64,000 bases of DNA from Phoronis australis (Eukaryota > Animalia > Phoronida). The stretch's first letter is position 1; each line of letters starts with the position of its first letter. The notes under the pieces were generated by a model. It was not told the origin of the DNA. It was given only the letters and a program-made list of their open reading frames with translations, and did no database searches. Shown one piece after another: positions 51,998 through 64,000 of this stretch. Where the stretch lies: contig NMRA01000687.1 of the NCBI GenBank assembly GCA_002633005.1, positions 1-64,000 on the forward strand, read 5' to 3'. A program made the position numbers and the translations under genes.

Positions 51998-54191
51998 GTA
52001 AGGGGTTCAACTGACCAATGGCATTGCTTGAAATCTGAGTAACATTTTTACGAGTTCATTTTTACAAGTAAAATTTGGTGGTCATGTTCCAAGGTGTTGG
52101 GATGTACAAAACTCTCCATGATGCGTTGTACTCTCTGAATTATACAATTATCTAGTCTTGCGTCGCTTAAAATCCCATCCTGTTTTTGAGGAATTTCAGT
52201 GAGTAGGAAAGCTTAACTCTTGGACTTAAATGGCCGTCACAACTCAAAAAATAGGTGGATTTAGCTACGATGTTGCACAATTCTCCTGCAATGGGAAACG
52301 TTAACTCCACTCGGATGGGTATAATCGCTAGATGTCGTGACATGCAACATATGTATTCAGTCGAGGGTGAGAATAAACACCATCTTGTAATTAAGCCCTA
52401 GAAGTAGCAGATACTGCAATGTTATTACCAGAGCAAAGTTAGTGGCAAAGGTAAGAGAAATTGTGATAGACCAGAGTTTCGGTGATGAGAAAGCCACATC
52501 GATGTCTAATCTTCGTGTCAATCAGTTGGTGGCACTGATTGTTTTGTCAATTCATAATAATATTCAGGTCATTGCCATGGTGTTGCAGCTGGTGTTGAAA
52601 GCCAACGGTTTTGGAGTTAATGTTTCTGGCTTTTGATTTCATGAACTGACTCATAAAAACTTAATCCAGAACAATTATAAAGCAGAACAATACAAGCTGA
52701 AATCAGTTTTAAAGTACTTGTCACCATGGAAATCGACACTACTTCGCGTGTTTTCATCAATATTTTAGCTGGGGAAAAGAGCTAGACCCATCTAGTTACT
52801 CGTAAATCATCTTTTGTTGCCGTGGCAACTAGTTACTCTTTTAATATTGCATGTTATCTTCCACTACACCATAGACTGATGAAGTGGGGCTCTGTGGGAT
52901 ATTGTTATTCTTGGTTCACGGTCATTGACTACAGTGTAATCTGTAATGCAGTTTGCAGTAATTTGGATATTTGTTACAAAATGTTGATAGTCCTTTTGTT
53001 TTAAAATTTTCTATTGGTTTTAAATTGTTTGGGTGGGATTTAGCAAGATGAGATATATTTCGCGAAGGTTTGAATTTAATAATTGGCAAACTTCTTGAGG
53101 TCAAACTTTTCTTAGAACATCGAAGTATTTTTGCCTCGACTACTCTTAAAGAGTACATTTCAATATATACGTAACATTCAAAAATTGTATTGAATTTAAA
53201 TTTTAACCACCTTATTTGTCAAACTCAGGTTCTGTCATTCTTCCGTTTATGACAGTCAAACATTTAATTCCTAACATCCCAAATTCAAATTGCACATTCT
53301 GTAGATTGAAAACACATTGTCTGAAATTTGGGAAATATGGTGAACGCCAAAACCCCTTTGTCCCAAAATTCCAGAATGAAGAAAATTTAATTTTTTTTGT
53401 GAGTTTCGTCATGTCCCAAATTTTAGAGACTTCCAAATTAGAGAATTTTTACTGTAATATTTTGTCCTTAGTCTTGTAACAATGATGGGTACGTGCTCCT
53501 TCAAATTGTGTATGCTGTGAAGGATTTTGAGATCCAATAAAAAGTGTAGCATGCATCCTCATAGAAGCATGTTTTAGGCACTTGCAGTGTTTGGGAATTT
53601 AATTTATTTAGTCCTTGAGTTATATGAACGTAATTTGAGTGCATTCTGGAGTCAGGTCCTCAAAGCAACTTTTAATATGTAACTGAGCACGCTTGAAGAT
53701 TGTAATTTCTTTCGCCTTGTCTACAAAATTGCGTCCACACTGTGACTTGTGCCGGGGCAAGTTACCCCAGAACAAGTTGGGGTAAGGTGTTACACCTGTA
53801 TCTAGTTGTCCCTGTGCAAATGGCGTTCACACTGTCTGATACTAAACGATAAGTCGTTCCAAGAGTATCGTGTTCTAGGGTAACTCGTTGTGGGGACACA
53901 CTTAGTATGAATATAAAGGAGAGGCCGCGGGATGCACATGTACTGCACTCTTTGGGTCACCCTGTATATTGTGAATTCTCCTCAGTGTCTTCAGATTAGT
54001 AAATCAATAGCATCCATAATTGCTTGTGAAGGACGCTATCTCACAAAAAGTCGGAAGCACCCGTGGGCAAAGCTGTCAGCCAGCATTTGTCAAATGTGCG
54101 TTGCTATGAAATTCTCTTTGAAGTTTGTGACTTAAAGTATCGCAGAGATTTTGCTCTCGGGGGAGATTTTGAAAATTCAATATTTCACTTA

Positions 54192-54434
54192 CGATGAAAT
54201 CTCACCACTTTAGTACACAATATGGCGGACAAGTGAAATTTAGGTTTTCATTTTTAATAAAAGATAAATAGCACCAAATAAAGGCTATACCATTTTAAAT
54301 GTCTATGTCATACCAACCATCAGACAATGTTTCCAGCAAACTGTGGACATTCAAAACAATTATAGAAGCTTTTGAAAAATAAAAAAGATCAATTTTGGCT
54401 ATTATTTTTGTCCGAAATTGGTGAGATTTTACCG
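54192..54434. mobile_element. TA-flanked Tc1/pogo-type MITE
   Basis: TA|CGATGAAATCTCACCA..TGGTGAGATTTTACCG|TA. Further copy at 60410-60672; fragments at ~58200-58293, 60285, 61395 and 62380. Confidence 0.7.
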
Positions 54435-54989
54435 TATCAAATTAGATAAGTGATTGTTCATTTTGATTCTGAACGCCAAATTCTTATTATAAAGATGCTG
54501 TAGTATTTTTCATTCATAATCTGTATTTCGTGTGATTCAATCAGACCAAAATATCAGACAGAACTGTTGTTAGCTGATAGGAATTTTTCTTATCAGAAAT
54601 GTCATTGGGAGCAACAGTTGTGTTACCAAAACAAAACCAGCCAGTTATGAGGAAATGTCTAGACTAAATATACCAGTGTTGGATGATGAAAATGCAATGG
54701 ACGATTTTAGCTGTCTGTTCACTGTCACATTAGACTTTGATTCTATTGCTGAATTTTATTTCATAAAGAAATTTTGAATTAAATTTGGAGAAAGTTATTT
54801 GCTACATACGTGTTATAAAACTTTTGGTATTTTCACACAGTCAGTTTACTCTTTTCATGTTGATCTTAAGTGTTATATTTCTTGAGCATTTTGCAAACAT
54901 TTTTAAGTCTGCTCAGTGCACGCCACTTGTTGGCCACATTCACTCTTAGTGGAGCATTCAGAGCACATGGGATTTCCTGAGAACTGGGT

Positions 54990-55090
54990 ATAATCACTTA
55001 CATGGGTCCTGCATTTTGAGAACCAGTTTTCTCTACTGAATAATGAGCATCAAACTGGTTCTCAAAATTTTGGACCCCTGTAAGTGACTA
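54990..55090. mobile_element. Palindromic MITE, same family as 41718-41840
   Basis: TCACTTACA.GGGTCC..TTTTGAGAACCAGTTT / AAACTGGTTCTCAAAA..GGACCC.TGTAAGTGA. Confidence 0.7.
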
Positions 55091-57825
55091 CTGCTGATAA
55101 TTAATAGATAATGACAATAGTTTTCAAAACAAACTAGATAGACTTCCATGGAACTCTGTCGGACCATGCCAAACTTGGGCAAACTTCTTGTCAGAATTAT
55201 GTGGCAGTTTTAAGCTGAACTTTTGTAGCCGTTCAGTAAAATGCCATTTTTGTGAAACTTTAGTTTGATGTCACATAGTTGTGCCTTGTTACTAATTACG
55301 TATTTGCTAAATAAGTCGTCACGATTTCAAGATTTTGTCAAGATTTAGTCCTAATGAAATATGTTCTTGTCAAAAAGGAATGATTATGTACTGAGTCATA
55401 ATTTAGTACATGGATTATTTTTTAATTTTGATGTCTAATCTGAAAACTACTACTGCATATTGGTCTTATACTGAGTCTTTAGTGATTACTACAGAGCCAA
55501 TGGCCATTGCTTGGAAGGACATTAACGCCTGTGTGCCTACGTTCAAAATAATCCATTTTTCTAAAGAATATTCAGGTGTGCCCGTCTTGGTTTCAGTCAT
55601 GGAGTGAACAGACATTGATGTCTGTCATTCTGAAACAGATAAGTCGAGTTTTACGTACACAATGTTAAAGAAATTTTGCTCTTTGATTTTACAAAGTGGT
55701 TTACACATTATACGCTATGCACCTAATTCTCGATTACTTTACATTCAGGCAAAGGAGCCTAAATAGGTGTACACAAGGTAAACAAATTTCAGAACATTTC
55801 AAATTCATTAATATTTGCATTGATCTCGTCATGATGCATTTCGTTATCGTTACATTGTCATTCCAAAGCTCTGAATTTCATATGTCATTGAGCTGGTTAC
55901 ATCAAACTCAAAAATTCCATCATCAGAAATTTTGAAGAAACATTTGCCAAATGTTTTGCCTGAATGCCCTAACTCTGCACTTACGGTATGTCTATGGTTA
56001 AATCATTCTAGTTGTGTCCGCGGTAGAGTGCAAGTGAATTCGTGTAATGGTGATTACGTAAGAAATATAGATTTAGCAATCACATTAGCAGGCTCATTCA
56101 ACAGGCCAGTTGTTGGCTATTTGTTGAGATATTGACTGAACTCAAGTACTCTTGTAGTAATTAGAACGAAGAGTTCTATACTTCGATCATGCAGTGGGCT
56201 TTCATATCCTAACTAGGAAGTATGGCGGTGTTTGTTCGTATATTCCTGGTTCAATAAATAGGCATGTTAAGTATGTGAAAGGCTGATAACTGGCACAGTA
56301 GATTCTTTGCAATAAAATTTTTAAACAAAAACTATCATCGAAACTATCCAGTTGTCATTTTGTGGTGTTTCAAATGTTGTTGTCAGCACCAAAAATTTTT
56401 CAACATATTGTGTGATGGTGTCTGTGATACATTTGAAATATTGTCTCCTAAATTGATGCTAACTCACATTCCATCATATGCCATGTTTCAGTGTGGGATA
56501 TTTCCAACATGTAAGCTTTTTGATCCTGTGCAAATGAAAGGTTACGATTTTGTTAATCGAATTTTTCATACTTTTCAGTTTGTACTTACTTTTCATTGTA
56601 TTGCAAAGTTAAGAAGTGTCTTGGTACTGGTCGTTGTGACTACTTAGTGAAATTGCTGTGATTGAGGGTAAAGATCATTTATTTTCTGAGTAACTCTACT
56701 TATCATTACTCCAGAGCAGACGATAAGCACCATACAAATCACCCTGAAAATAAACAGACAAAGATACATTTCCAATTATGATAGCCATTTTTGACCGGCC
56801 TTGATTCTTCAAAACTCTTTCTTCCAGCTACCCTGAAAACAAATTTCACTTGCAATCCTTTTTGATGAGGGGGAATTTTGGGTCATTTTCTTGAATTATT
56901 TTTGTCCTGTACTATGCTTCAGACTTCAACTCCATTGTCATCTCAACTAGGTTCTGCTTATTTGTCATCCACAGATTATAACTACCGTACTACCATTTTG
57001 CCATGAGTTTCTCATCTGCCTATGCGTATGACCAGATTAGGGGTGCTTTCCTGACGCACAACACTCTTAAGAAATCTTCATTTATGAAGCGAAAATCCCA
57101 TGCGAAATTTCTCCCATAATTAAATGACCAAACGCTTCCGTGGCAGCCATTTTGCTTAAAATCTATAGTAGTAAGGCCTCAAGCTCTCTTGCGAAACACG
57201 CACCTGTCATGCGAGTGATTTCGTGTGCTTGTGCCTTATCTTGCTTAAACTCGCAACAAACTTGGTCTGCAACCCAAATCCCTGTTATTTTCACATTCTG
57301 AACCGTATAGAATCTAAGTAGAGCGAAATGGAACCAACTAGAGGTAAGGGGATTGCTGTTCACCGTGGTTTTGTAGTGCTCGTGATTTTATAATTTTCTG
57401 GGAAGCTTGATTTGCACATCTTAGGTTAAGCATTTCGGGAAAGTATATCTACCCCTGGCCAAATACGCGGCACATAAGTAGCAAATTAAAATTCAAATAT
57501 CACAAAATGTATGTGACTCTAATAGCTAAATTTTGAGATAGCCGTGCCATACTGAAACTCACTATACCATCAGATGGCAGGTGGACAGGCGTTCAGCACT
57601 ACCTAAAGATCCCATGTAATGCGGATGAAAGGTTTCAACCTAATAGTAAAAACAGCGTTTCAACACCTTTCCTGCCATCATAATGCTGGGAAATTTTCAC
57701 TGATGTGCTGTGGGATGTACTCATGGCTTACGGAAAAGAGCAAACCTCTTAAAATATCCATGGATGAAGGACATCATGTCCCATACATTTTCCACTGTGA
57801 ACGGGTATCCCATTAGGGCGTTTTC

Positions 57826-58197
57826 CCCGTTGCTCCCAACTTGTTCCATTCTATAGCCCAATTTACAACAAGTTGGGAAGATCACCCCTGTAGGTAGCCA
57901 GTATCTTACACAACTGATTAACTCCACTCTGGCATTCATGGTTGGAGGGCCAGCTCTCTTTTGTTCTATAATTGCTATAATCTCTGATCAGATCATATCA
58001 GCCTGCCTCGGCTGTGCTGCTAAAAATGAAAGTTAAGTTATAACATATTTGAACATAAATCAAAAGCATTTTTGAATTCCTTGTCAAATGCTGATCACAT
58101 TTAGTTTTTGAATCACCAAAATCACCCAACTATAACAGAAGTTAAGACAATCTGTTCTGCCATGTTTCAGTAACCCTTTGAAGCCTGGGAGATAATT
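57826..58197 (-). repeat. Inverted copy of a dispersed repeat also present in ANKS1 intron 1 (44944-45372)
   Basis: Long near-identical blocks in opposite orientation, e.g. AAAATGAAAGTTAAGTTATAACATATTTGA and TTTTTGAATCACCAAAATCAC. Confidence 0.9.
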
Positions 58198-58436
58198 GTG
58201 GACATTCACAACAAAATGTTAGAAGCTCATCAAAAATGAAAAAAAGAGCAATTTTTCAATTATTTTTTCTGAAATTGGTGAAATTTTACTGTACATCCTA
58301 TCCCTGCACGCGGTCATTTTTTGGTAAATCATAAAATGTCTTTAGTTAAGTATCAGCTTGGAGGTGACTGCTTCATAGCCAGACTGTTGTGGTTGGTATT
58401 TAACTGTTGCTCAATATTCTTCTGTGTTGTTTGCAG

Positions 58437-58511
58437 AATAGCGAGGGAGACACAGCGTTGCACTACGCCTGTCAGTACGGACACACGCAGACTGTAGACG
58501 TGTTGCTGCAG
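58437..58511 (+). CDS. ANKS1: ANKS1 exon 4
   Basis: TTTGCAG|NSEGDTALHYACQYGHTQTVDVLLQ|GTAAGT; 75 nt, phase 0-0. Confidence 0.93.
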
Positions 58512-59564
58512 GTAAGTACCTGACCCACATGCTGCACTCAGGTGATATATTGATTTAGCACATTTACCTGTAGTTGTCAGTGGGGAGACATTGCTCATCT
58601 TGCCTTTCAGTAGGGGTTAGGATACACAATCAGGGCCTGATAGGTGTCCAACAATTGTATTTCATATTTCTTCGTTTCAGTAACACAAAAATCGCAGAGA
58701 AGAGGGGGAATTTGTACCTCCAGTACCCAGTTGCATGCAACTGTCAAATAGGGTCTCTACTAAGTTCTCTTAATCTTTTACGTATTTGTGTCGTTCTTTA
58801 CTCGCAGATGTAATATTTTCTATCATTTTAATATCTTTATCATGAACCTGTCTGAATAATGGCATTTTTAAAAATATAACTAAAAACTGAGCCCCTAATT
58901 CAATGAAAATAAGTATGGACTTAGTTCTTAAATTAAATGTGTTGCAGGGAAAGATCCCTATTTGTAATTATACCTTTTTGCTAACAAAAAACGGAAGGAC
59001 TAAAAAAAATGGGGTACCACCTTCAGGTCTGTGAAATGTGCGTCTGCGCCTTTTAGTGGACTTTTGTCTTGTTTTCTCGGATTTTTGTTTCTCTGAGGCA
59101 GACCTTTTTACCCACCTCGCCAAATGGGGCGGCTCATTCGAGCCCCCCGAGCCCCCTCTGAGTGCACACATGAATTCAACGTGGAGTTCTCTCTTGATTT
59201 GTGTCGGAGCCAAAAACTAACTTTGTAATGGGACTCAAACACCATAAGAAAGGACAATGAGAGTTTTCACACGCCCGCAAATACGCAGTAGATTTAGGGA
59301 ACTTAGCTGAGTCCCAGTCTAGGACGGTTTCATGCAACTGGGCACTGGTCTCCAACAGAATCCTCACTGGACATAGCTAACATAGTTACCATTTTGATGG
59401 ATTCTGGGCTGAGTTCAATAATCACAATAAGGCTAGTGTGATCCAATGCTTCGCTTGTAATGCATGTCTCACGAAAACTTGTGTGATCTTGCGTCTTCAC
59501 AAGTGTGCTGGCGGCCGTCTACAAAGTAGCAGCTATGGCTGTCATTGTGAAAATGGATGAATGG

Positions 59565-59790
59565 TTGTTAAGAAGTTAATATATAACGGTTAGAGGTGCA
59601 AACATTTTAAGTCTGGTCAGTACGCCATCTGTTGGCCACATCACGTAACCTAATGAATGTAAATCTGAAAACATTTCTGCCCCCAACCGGGGGCTTAAAT
59701 TCATTTGGTCACGTGATGTGACCAACAAGTGGCATGCTGACAAGAGTTAAAATGTTTGCAGCTTTAACTATTATGCAACTTCTTAACGAT
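59565..59790. mobile_element. ~220-bp hairpin MITE
   Basis: GTTAAGAAGTT..TGCAAACATTTTAA..TGTTGGCCACATCACGT vs ACGTGATGTGACCAACA..TTAAAATGTTTGCA..AACTTCTTAAC; partial copy at 54891-54940. Confidence 0.75.
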
Positions 59791-60409
59791 AGCTTAACCA
59801 GCTGCTATATTCATGTAAACAGTAAAAGTTGAAACTCAGTTTTAAGTAATTTGCCAGCAGCCTTACTAGAGACGAAAACTGGTGAGGCACACGACATTGT
59901 TGTCTGTTGTCTAGTATCATGTAGGAAACTCACTCAAGTTCACGGTATACGTGTCTGTCCTCTGGAATGAATAGTTAGTAGGGAAATTGCCAATCAATAT
60001 AACTGTGTCACGATACAAGAAAACGCCTCAATTTTCTACTTTGTTCGATATTCAATGTCATCAGAGAATATATGCATGCTGTGAGTTTGAGCAAGTTTGC
60101 ATCGTAACCATGGCAATTCTCCAATTATTTCGCACAAATTGTTGTTCTGGTCTGTTTTTCAAAGGCTGATTACTTTGCCATAAATTGTGAAAGCTTCACC
60201 AAACGTTGTTCTACACTGTACTAACCACACAGTTACAGACTAAAATGTTCTTAATCTGTACTTTTGTGAAGAAATTTGACAAAATAGAATTTCACTTGTC
60301 GGCCAAATTTTTTGCTAAAGATGTGAAGAGTTACCGATAATGAACAGATAACACTATCGTATACTTAGCCAGCTTTTAGTAGATGGTTACTAAAAGCTTC
60401 GGCCAAGTA

Positions 60410-60672
60410 TGGTAAAATCTCACCAATTTAGGCCACAAAATGGGAGACAAGTGGAATTTTATTCTTAAATTTTTTATAAATTCTAATTTTTCGATAAAAA
60501 ACATGTAGCGCCATATTAATGTTCATGTTTAAACTTTAACTGTTGTATCACAACTATCAATATTGTGAAAAACGACAAGCATTGATTTCACAACAATGTT
60601 AGAAGCCATTGAAAGATGACAAAAACATAGTTTTTGCAATTATTTTTGTTTGAAATTAGTGAGGTTTTACCG
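60410..60672. mobile_element. Second copy of the TA-flanked MITE family (see 54192)
   Basis: GGTAAAATCTCACCAATTT ... AAATTAGTGAGGTTTTACC. Confidence 0.7.
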
Positions 60673-63644
60673 TGCTCAATAAGACAGCAAAATATTGTGT
60701 AATCAGTAAACTGATTACAGTTGTTCTGTGTTTATCAGACCAACGTGTTTCATCACTACCTGGTGATGTCATTGAGCCGTCAATGTCTGCCTGTTAAGTA
60801 GACTTCACTTTAGCTGCGCAATATACAAATTAATCCTCATTTGACTAAGGTTAATACAATCAAGTTATCAAAAGGCATCTGAGAGATCTAATTGAAAGAC
60901 TATTACTTCTGGTTAGTTAGTATTGTACAAATTAGCAATATTTATCTTTGATGAGCCAGATAAAGCCATTAATATTCATGGCTTCTAAATTATAAGTTGC
61001 GACAATGTAATTTTGCCTGAGCTTGACTCTCTCGATGGTAAGTTAAATTACACATCTCACCAAAATGTGATTATTTCTCTCTTATGGTAATATTAAATAA
61101 TTCTTCGCTTTCATCCAGGTCAATGAGCCATTTTTCGGGATAACATACACGTGAAAATTAATGAGGTGGAATTATTACGATTACATCCACTATATGGTAA
61201 TTCTCAACATATTTTGCACAAAAATAATTGCCAAAATTGTCATTGTTACAGTTGTCTGAGGCTGATTATCTGGCTGCAAGCCATGGAAATAAAATTATGT
61301 TGTTTTATGACATCTACACAGTACAAACCAGGCTAATAATTGACTTACATTTTCTTAACATTTACTTTTGTAGAAGAATTTGGCAAAATATAATTTCACT
61401 TGTCGGCCATCTTGCATGCTGTATAGGTGAAGAATTGCTGTAGTAGCTTTTCATTGCTTTTTCATTTGGTCACTCAGTCAGTCTACAGTTTAAGTAATTA
61501 GAAGGTAATTTGCATCTAATGATTTTTTACTTCATATTTAACACATTCATGGATTATTAAATGAATGCAGAAACACCGATGTTTGATATTTTGATTTAGT
61601 CACACACTCATCAAGAGGGATAATTTCAAAAAACAACAAAATGATATAATTATAATTAAAATACTATTAAATGCACTAGATTAGAATAGGCATAGCTTTT
61701 CCTTCAACTAAGGTGGAACTGTTAGGATTTATTACTGATGAGGCTTACAAAATAAAAGTATCTAGTGGCACTTTTGTGATTTGTATTGTTATGAGACAGT
61801 GGAAAAATTGTTGATTTGATCTCATTCTGTATCTTGGAAACAAGCGTGTAATAACAATTCAATTTCTGAATGTTTTTTGCAATGTGTTTACAATGAAGAT
61901 TGGATTTTTTTCTCTGTTGTGCCAGTTCCTTGTGTCTATTTTACAAAATTCTCGTACAAAATAGCCAAGCAATAAAACAAATAATTATTTATAGGTATAA
62001 TATATTCCTGTCCATGGGTTATTGCGAGTTTAAACCACTTACTGATTCCTAGTTTAAACTGAGTATTTTATAACTCCATACATCAAAGCTTTCATCCATC
62101 ACATATTTTCCATTAAACAACAATTTCCATCGTAAACTCTGCTCTAAAAGTGCAACTTAACATCTCATTTCCTACATCTTCTACAATCATCAATCAAAGA
62201 ATAGCTCTTGTCTGCTGCCAACTACATCAAATCATGTGCTTCATCAAAAGGGTGATAATTATGGAACTACAACTGACATAAATACGCATCCGAGCAATTT
62301 CTTAAAATCATCGGATTTCCTATCACATGACTTCTCTGTCATTAGCTCTTTTTCAGACGCGGTCTATGATAATTCGTTACCTATTTGGTACACAACATGG
62401 CGGACAAGTGAAATTTTAATTTGTCAAATTTCTCAACAAACTTTGGCAATTATATTTGTGCAAAATAATGAAGAATTACCTTATTGATGCACCAACTAAT
62501 ATTGTCATTTGATCCTAGTTTCCATGATACCTTGTGTCTGACCAAATTCTTGTTTTCTAATCTTTTATTTCAATTTTGCCTTTGATTGTTATTCCCAAAT
62601 TGGTCAAGGTACCCCGTATGGCTGTTCTTTTTACTTGAAGGTGTTTGTGCGACTCTTTTAAGTTATGACATCCACTCAACCAGAATGTGGTTCTCAACCG
62701 CTGTAGGGAGAGGATGTGGCACAACACATTCAAAATCAGGTCATTAAAAATGGGTACCCTGAAGGCCAGACTATGTCGACCTTCCCAACTCCCCATAAAG
62801 CCAAATTTAACCTGCCCATTACAATACCACTTGAGATTGACAGCTGAAGAGACAAAATACCCACAATTCCAGCCTCTTCAGTGTGAGAGCTCCGTGTGTT
62901 TTTTGTTTTACGAAATGAATTTAATGGCTTTGCATATTTAACTGAATATTAAAACATAGTTATTGCCGGTCCCTATAACAATATCCGCTTCAAAACAGAA
63001 AAACAAAATTAATAGCTCTACATAGATTTTTCTATTAGCCCTCAAAGCCTTAATGCCACGCTGCTTGACAAACCTGATTTGTTGACTCTACCTGTGATGA
63101 GCCATTCTGCCTTATGTACTTGAGTTTATAGTGTCACAATTTTGCATGTTCGTTGATAAAAAGCAGGCAGGTTTTGTCCAATTACTGTAAACATTCTAGA
63201 CGAGGCAAATATGCTAGAAATATTTTAACTTGTGTTTTGCGAGTTTGGCTAATAAGACAATACAAAATGATCTGTTAATGTATGTGTTAGATACCTTAAT
63301 GTCTCGCATATAGAAAACAAAAATAATTGAAGCTGGATTTTGCCATTTAGCTGCCCAAAAATGAAAATTGAATTAAACCCTTCACAAGATCAGTCCCATA
63401 ATATTCTTTATGGTGTTAGGATTCCATTTCAGTTACCACCAAGAATATCAAAACCATCAGTAGTCCAAAAAAACGGTTAGGATTTTATTGGGTTCAGACC
63501 AGCCCTAAAGTTGGAAGAAATGGAACCCTATCGTGGAAAGGAATATTATGAAAACCGATTTTATGAGAGTAAAAGGCCTAATTTGAATTTCGTTTCCGTG
63601 TCAACTAAATTAAATGATGTGTTAGCAGAGCGTGTTACTTCCAG

Positions 63645-63866
63645 AATCGTGCAGACCTGAGACTGAGAAACAAGCGAAACGAGTCTCCCCTGGATCTGGC
63701 TGCCCAGTACGGACATCTGGGGAGTGTGAAACTGGTGTTGCTGCACGACGGCTCTGTTGTCAAGGAGATCACTCAGTCGCATTCGCCACTCCACCTGGCG
63801 GCCAGAAACGGTCACAAGTCAATTGTTAAGGAGCTGATTGATGCCGGATTTGACATAAATACCACG
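63645..63866 (+). CDS. ANKS1: ANKS1 exon 5 (gene continues beyond the window)
   Basis: TTCCAG|NRADLRLRNKRNESPLDLAAQYGH..HSPLHLAARNGHKSIVKELIDAGFDINTT|GTAAC; 222 nt, phase 0-0. Confidence 0.93.
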
Positions 63867-64000
63867 GTAACGCAACCTAATGGTAGTAGCTGTTGTTTTT
63901 GATGCTTTGGGATTTCAACCGGCTCTAACACCCGTGTTCCATCCATGAAGTGACCTGTAATTGAGGTCACTACTTATCGCTATAAATTGGTCTTTTTCAA

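Noticed and set aside
44289-63866. CASKIN as the identity of the ankyrin gene
   Set aside because: LLDAARAG, GPS..VNEQN and HLAARNGHK motifs match ANKS1A/B better; SAM and PTB domains lie outside the window, so this is not fully confirmed.

Overview
Repeat-rich, AT-rich eukaryotic (metazoan, probably invertebrate) draft-assembly window with N gaps. The right third holds two spliced host genes head-to-head, 455 bp apart ATG-to-ATG. TMEM86/YhhN lysoplasmalogenase is on the minus strand with 2 coding exons. The first five exons of an ANKS1 (Odin/AIDA-1 type) ankyrin gene are on the plus strand and run off the window end. The left two-thirds is a transposon and satellite graveyard: a higher-order array of a ~645-bp Kolobok-like MITE alternating with blocks of a 38-bp satellite, a CR1/L2 fragment, a TTAA-flanked Kolobok-type element, a Neptune-like Penelope 3' end, a compact USP (C19) peptidase remnant followed by an R2/HERO-like fragment, a Sola-type transposase pseudogene, a ~372-bp satellite with an exon-like 42-nt core, and a hammerhead-ribozyme-like motif. 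Two near-identical tandem duplications joined at a single N are probably assembly artefacts. All family assignments come from motif recognition by eye; no database searches were run.
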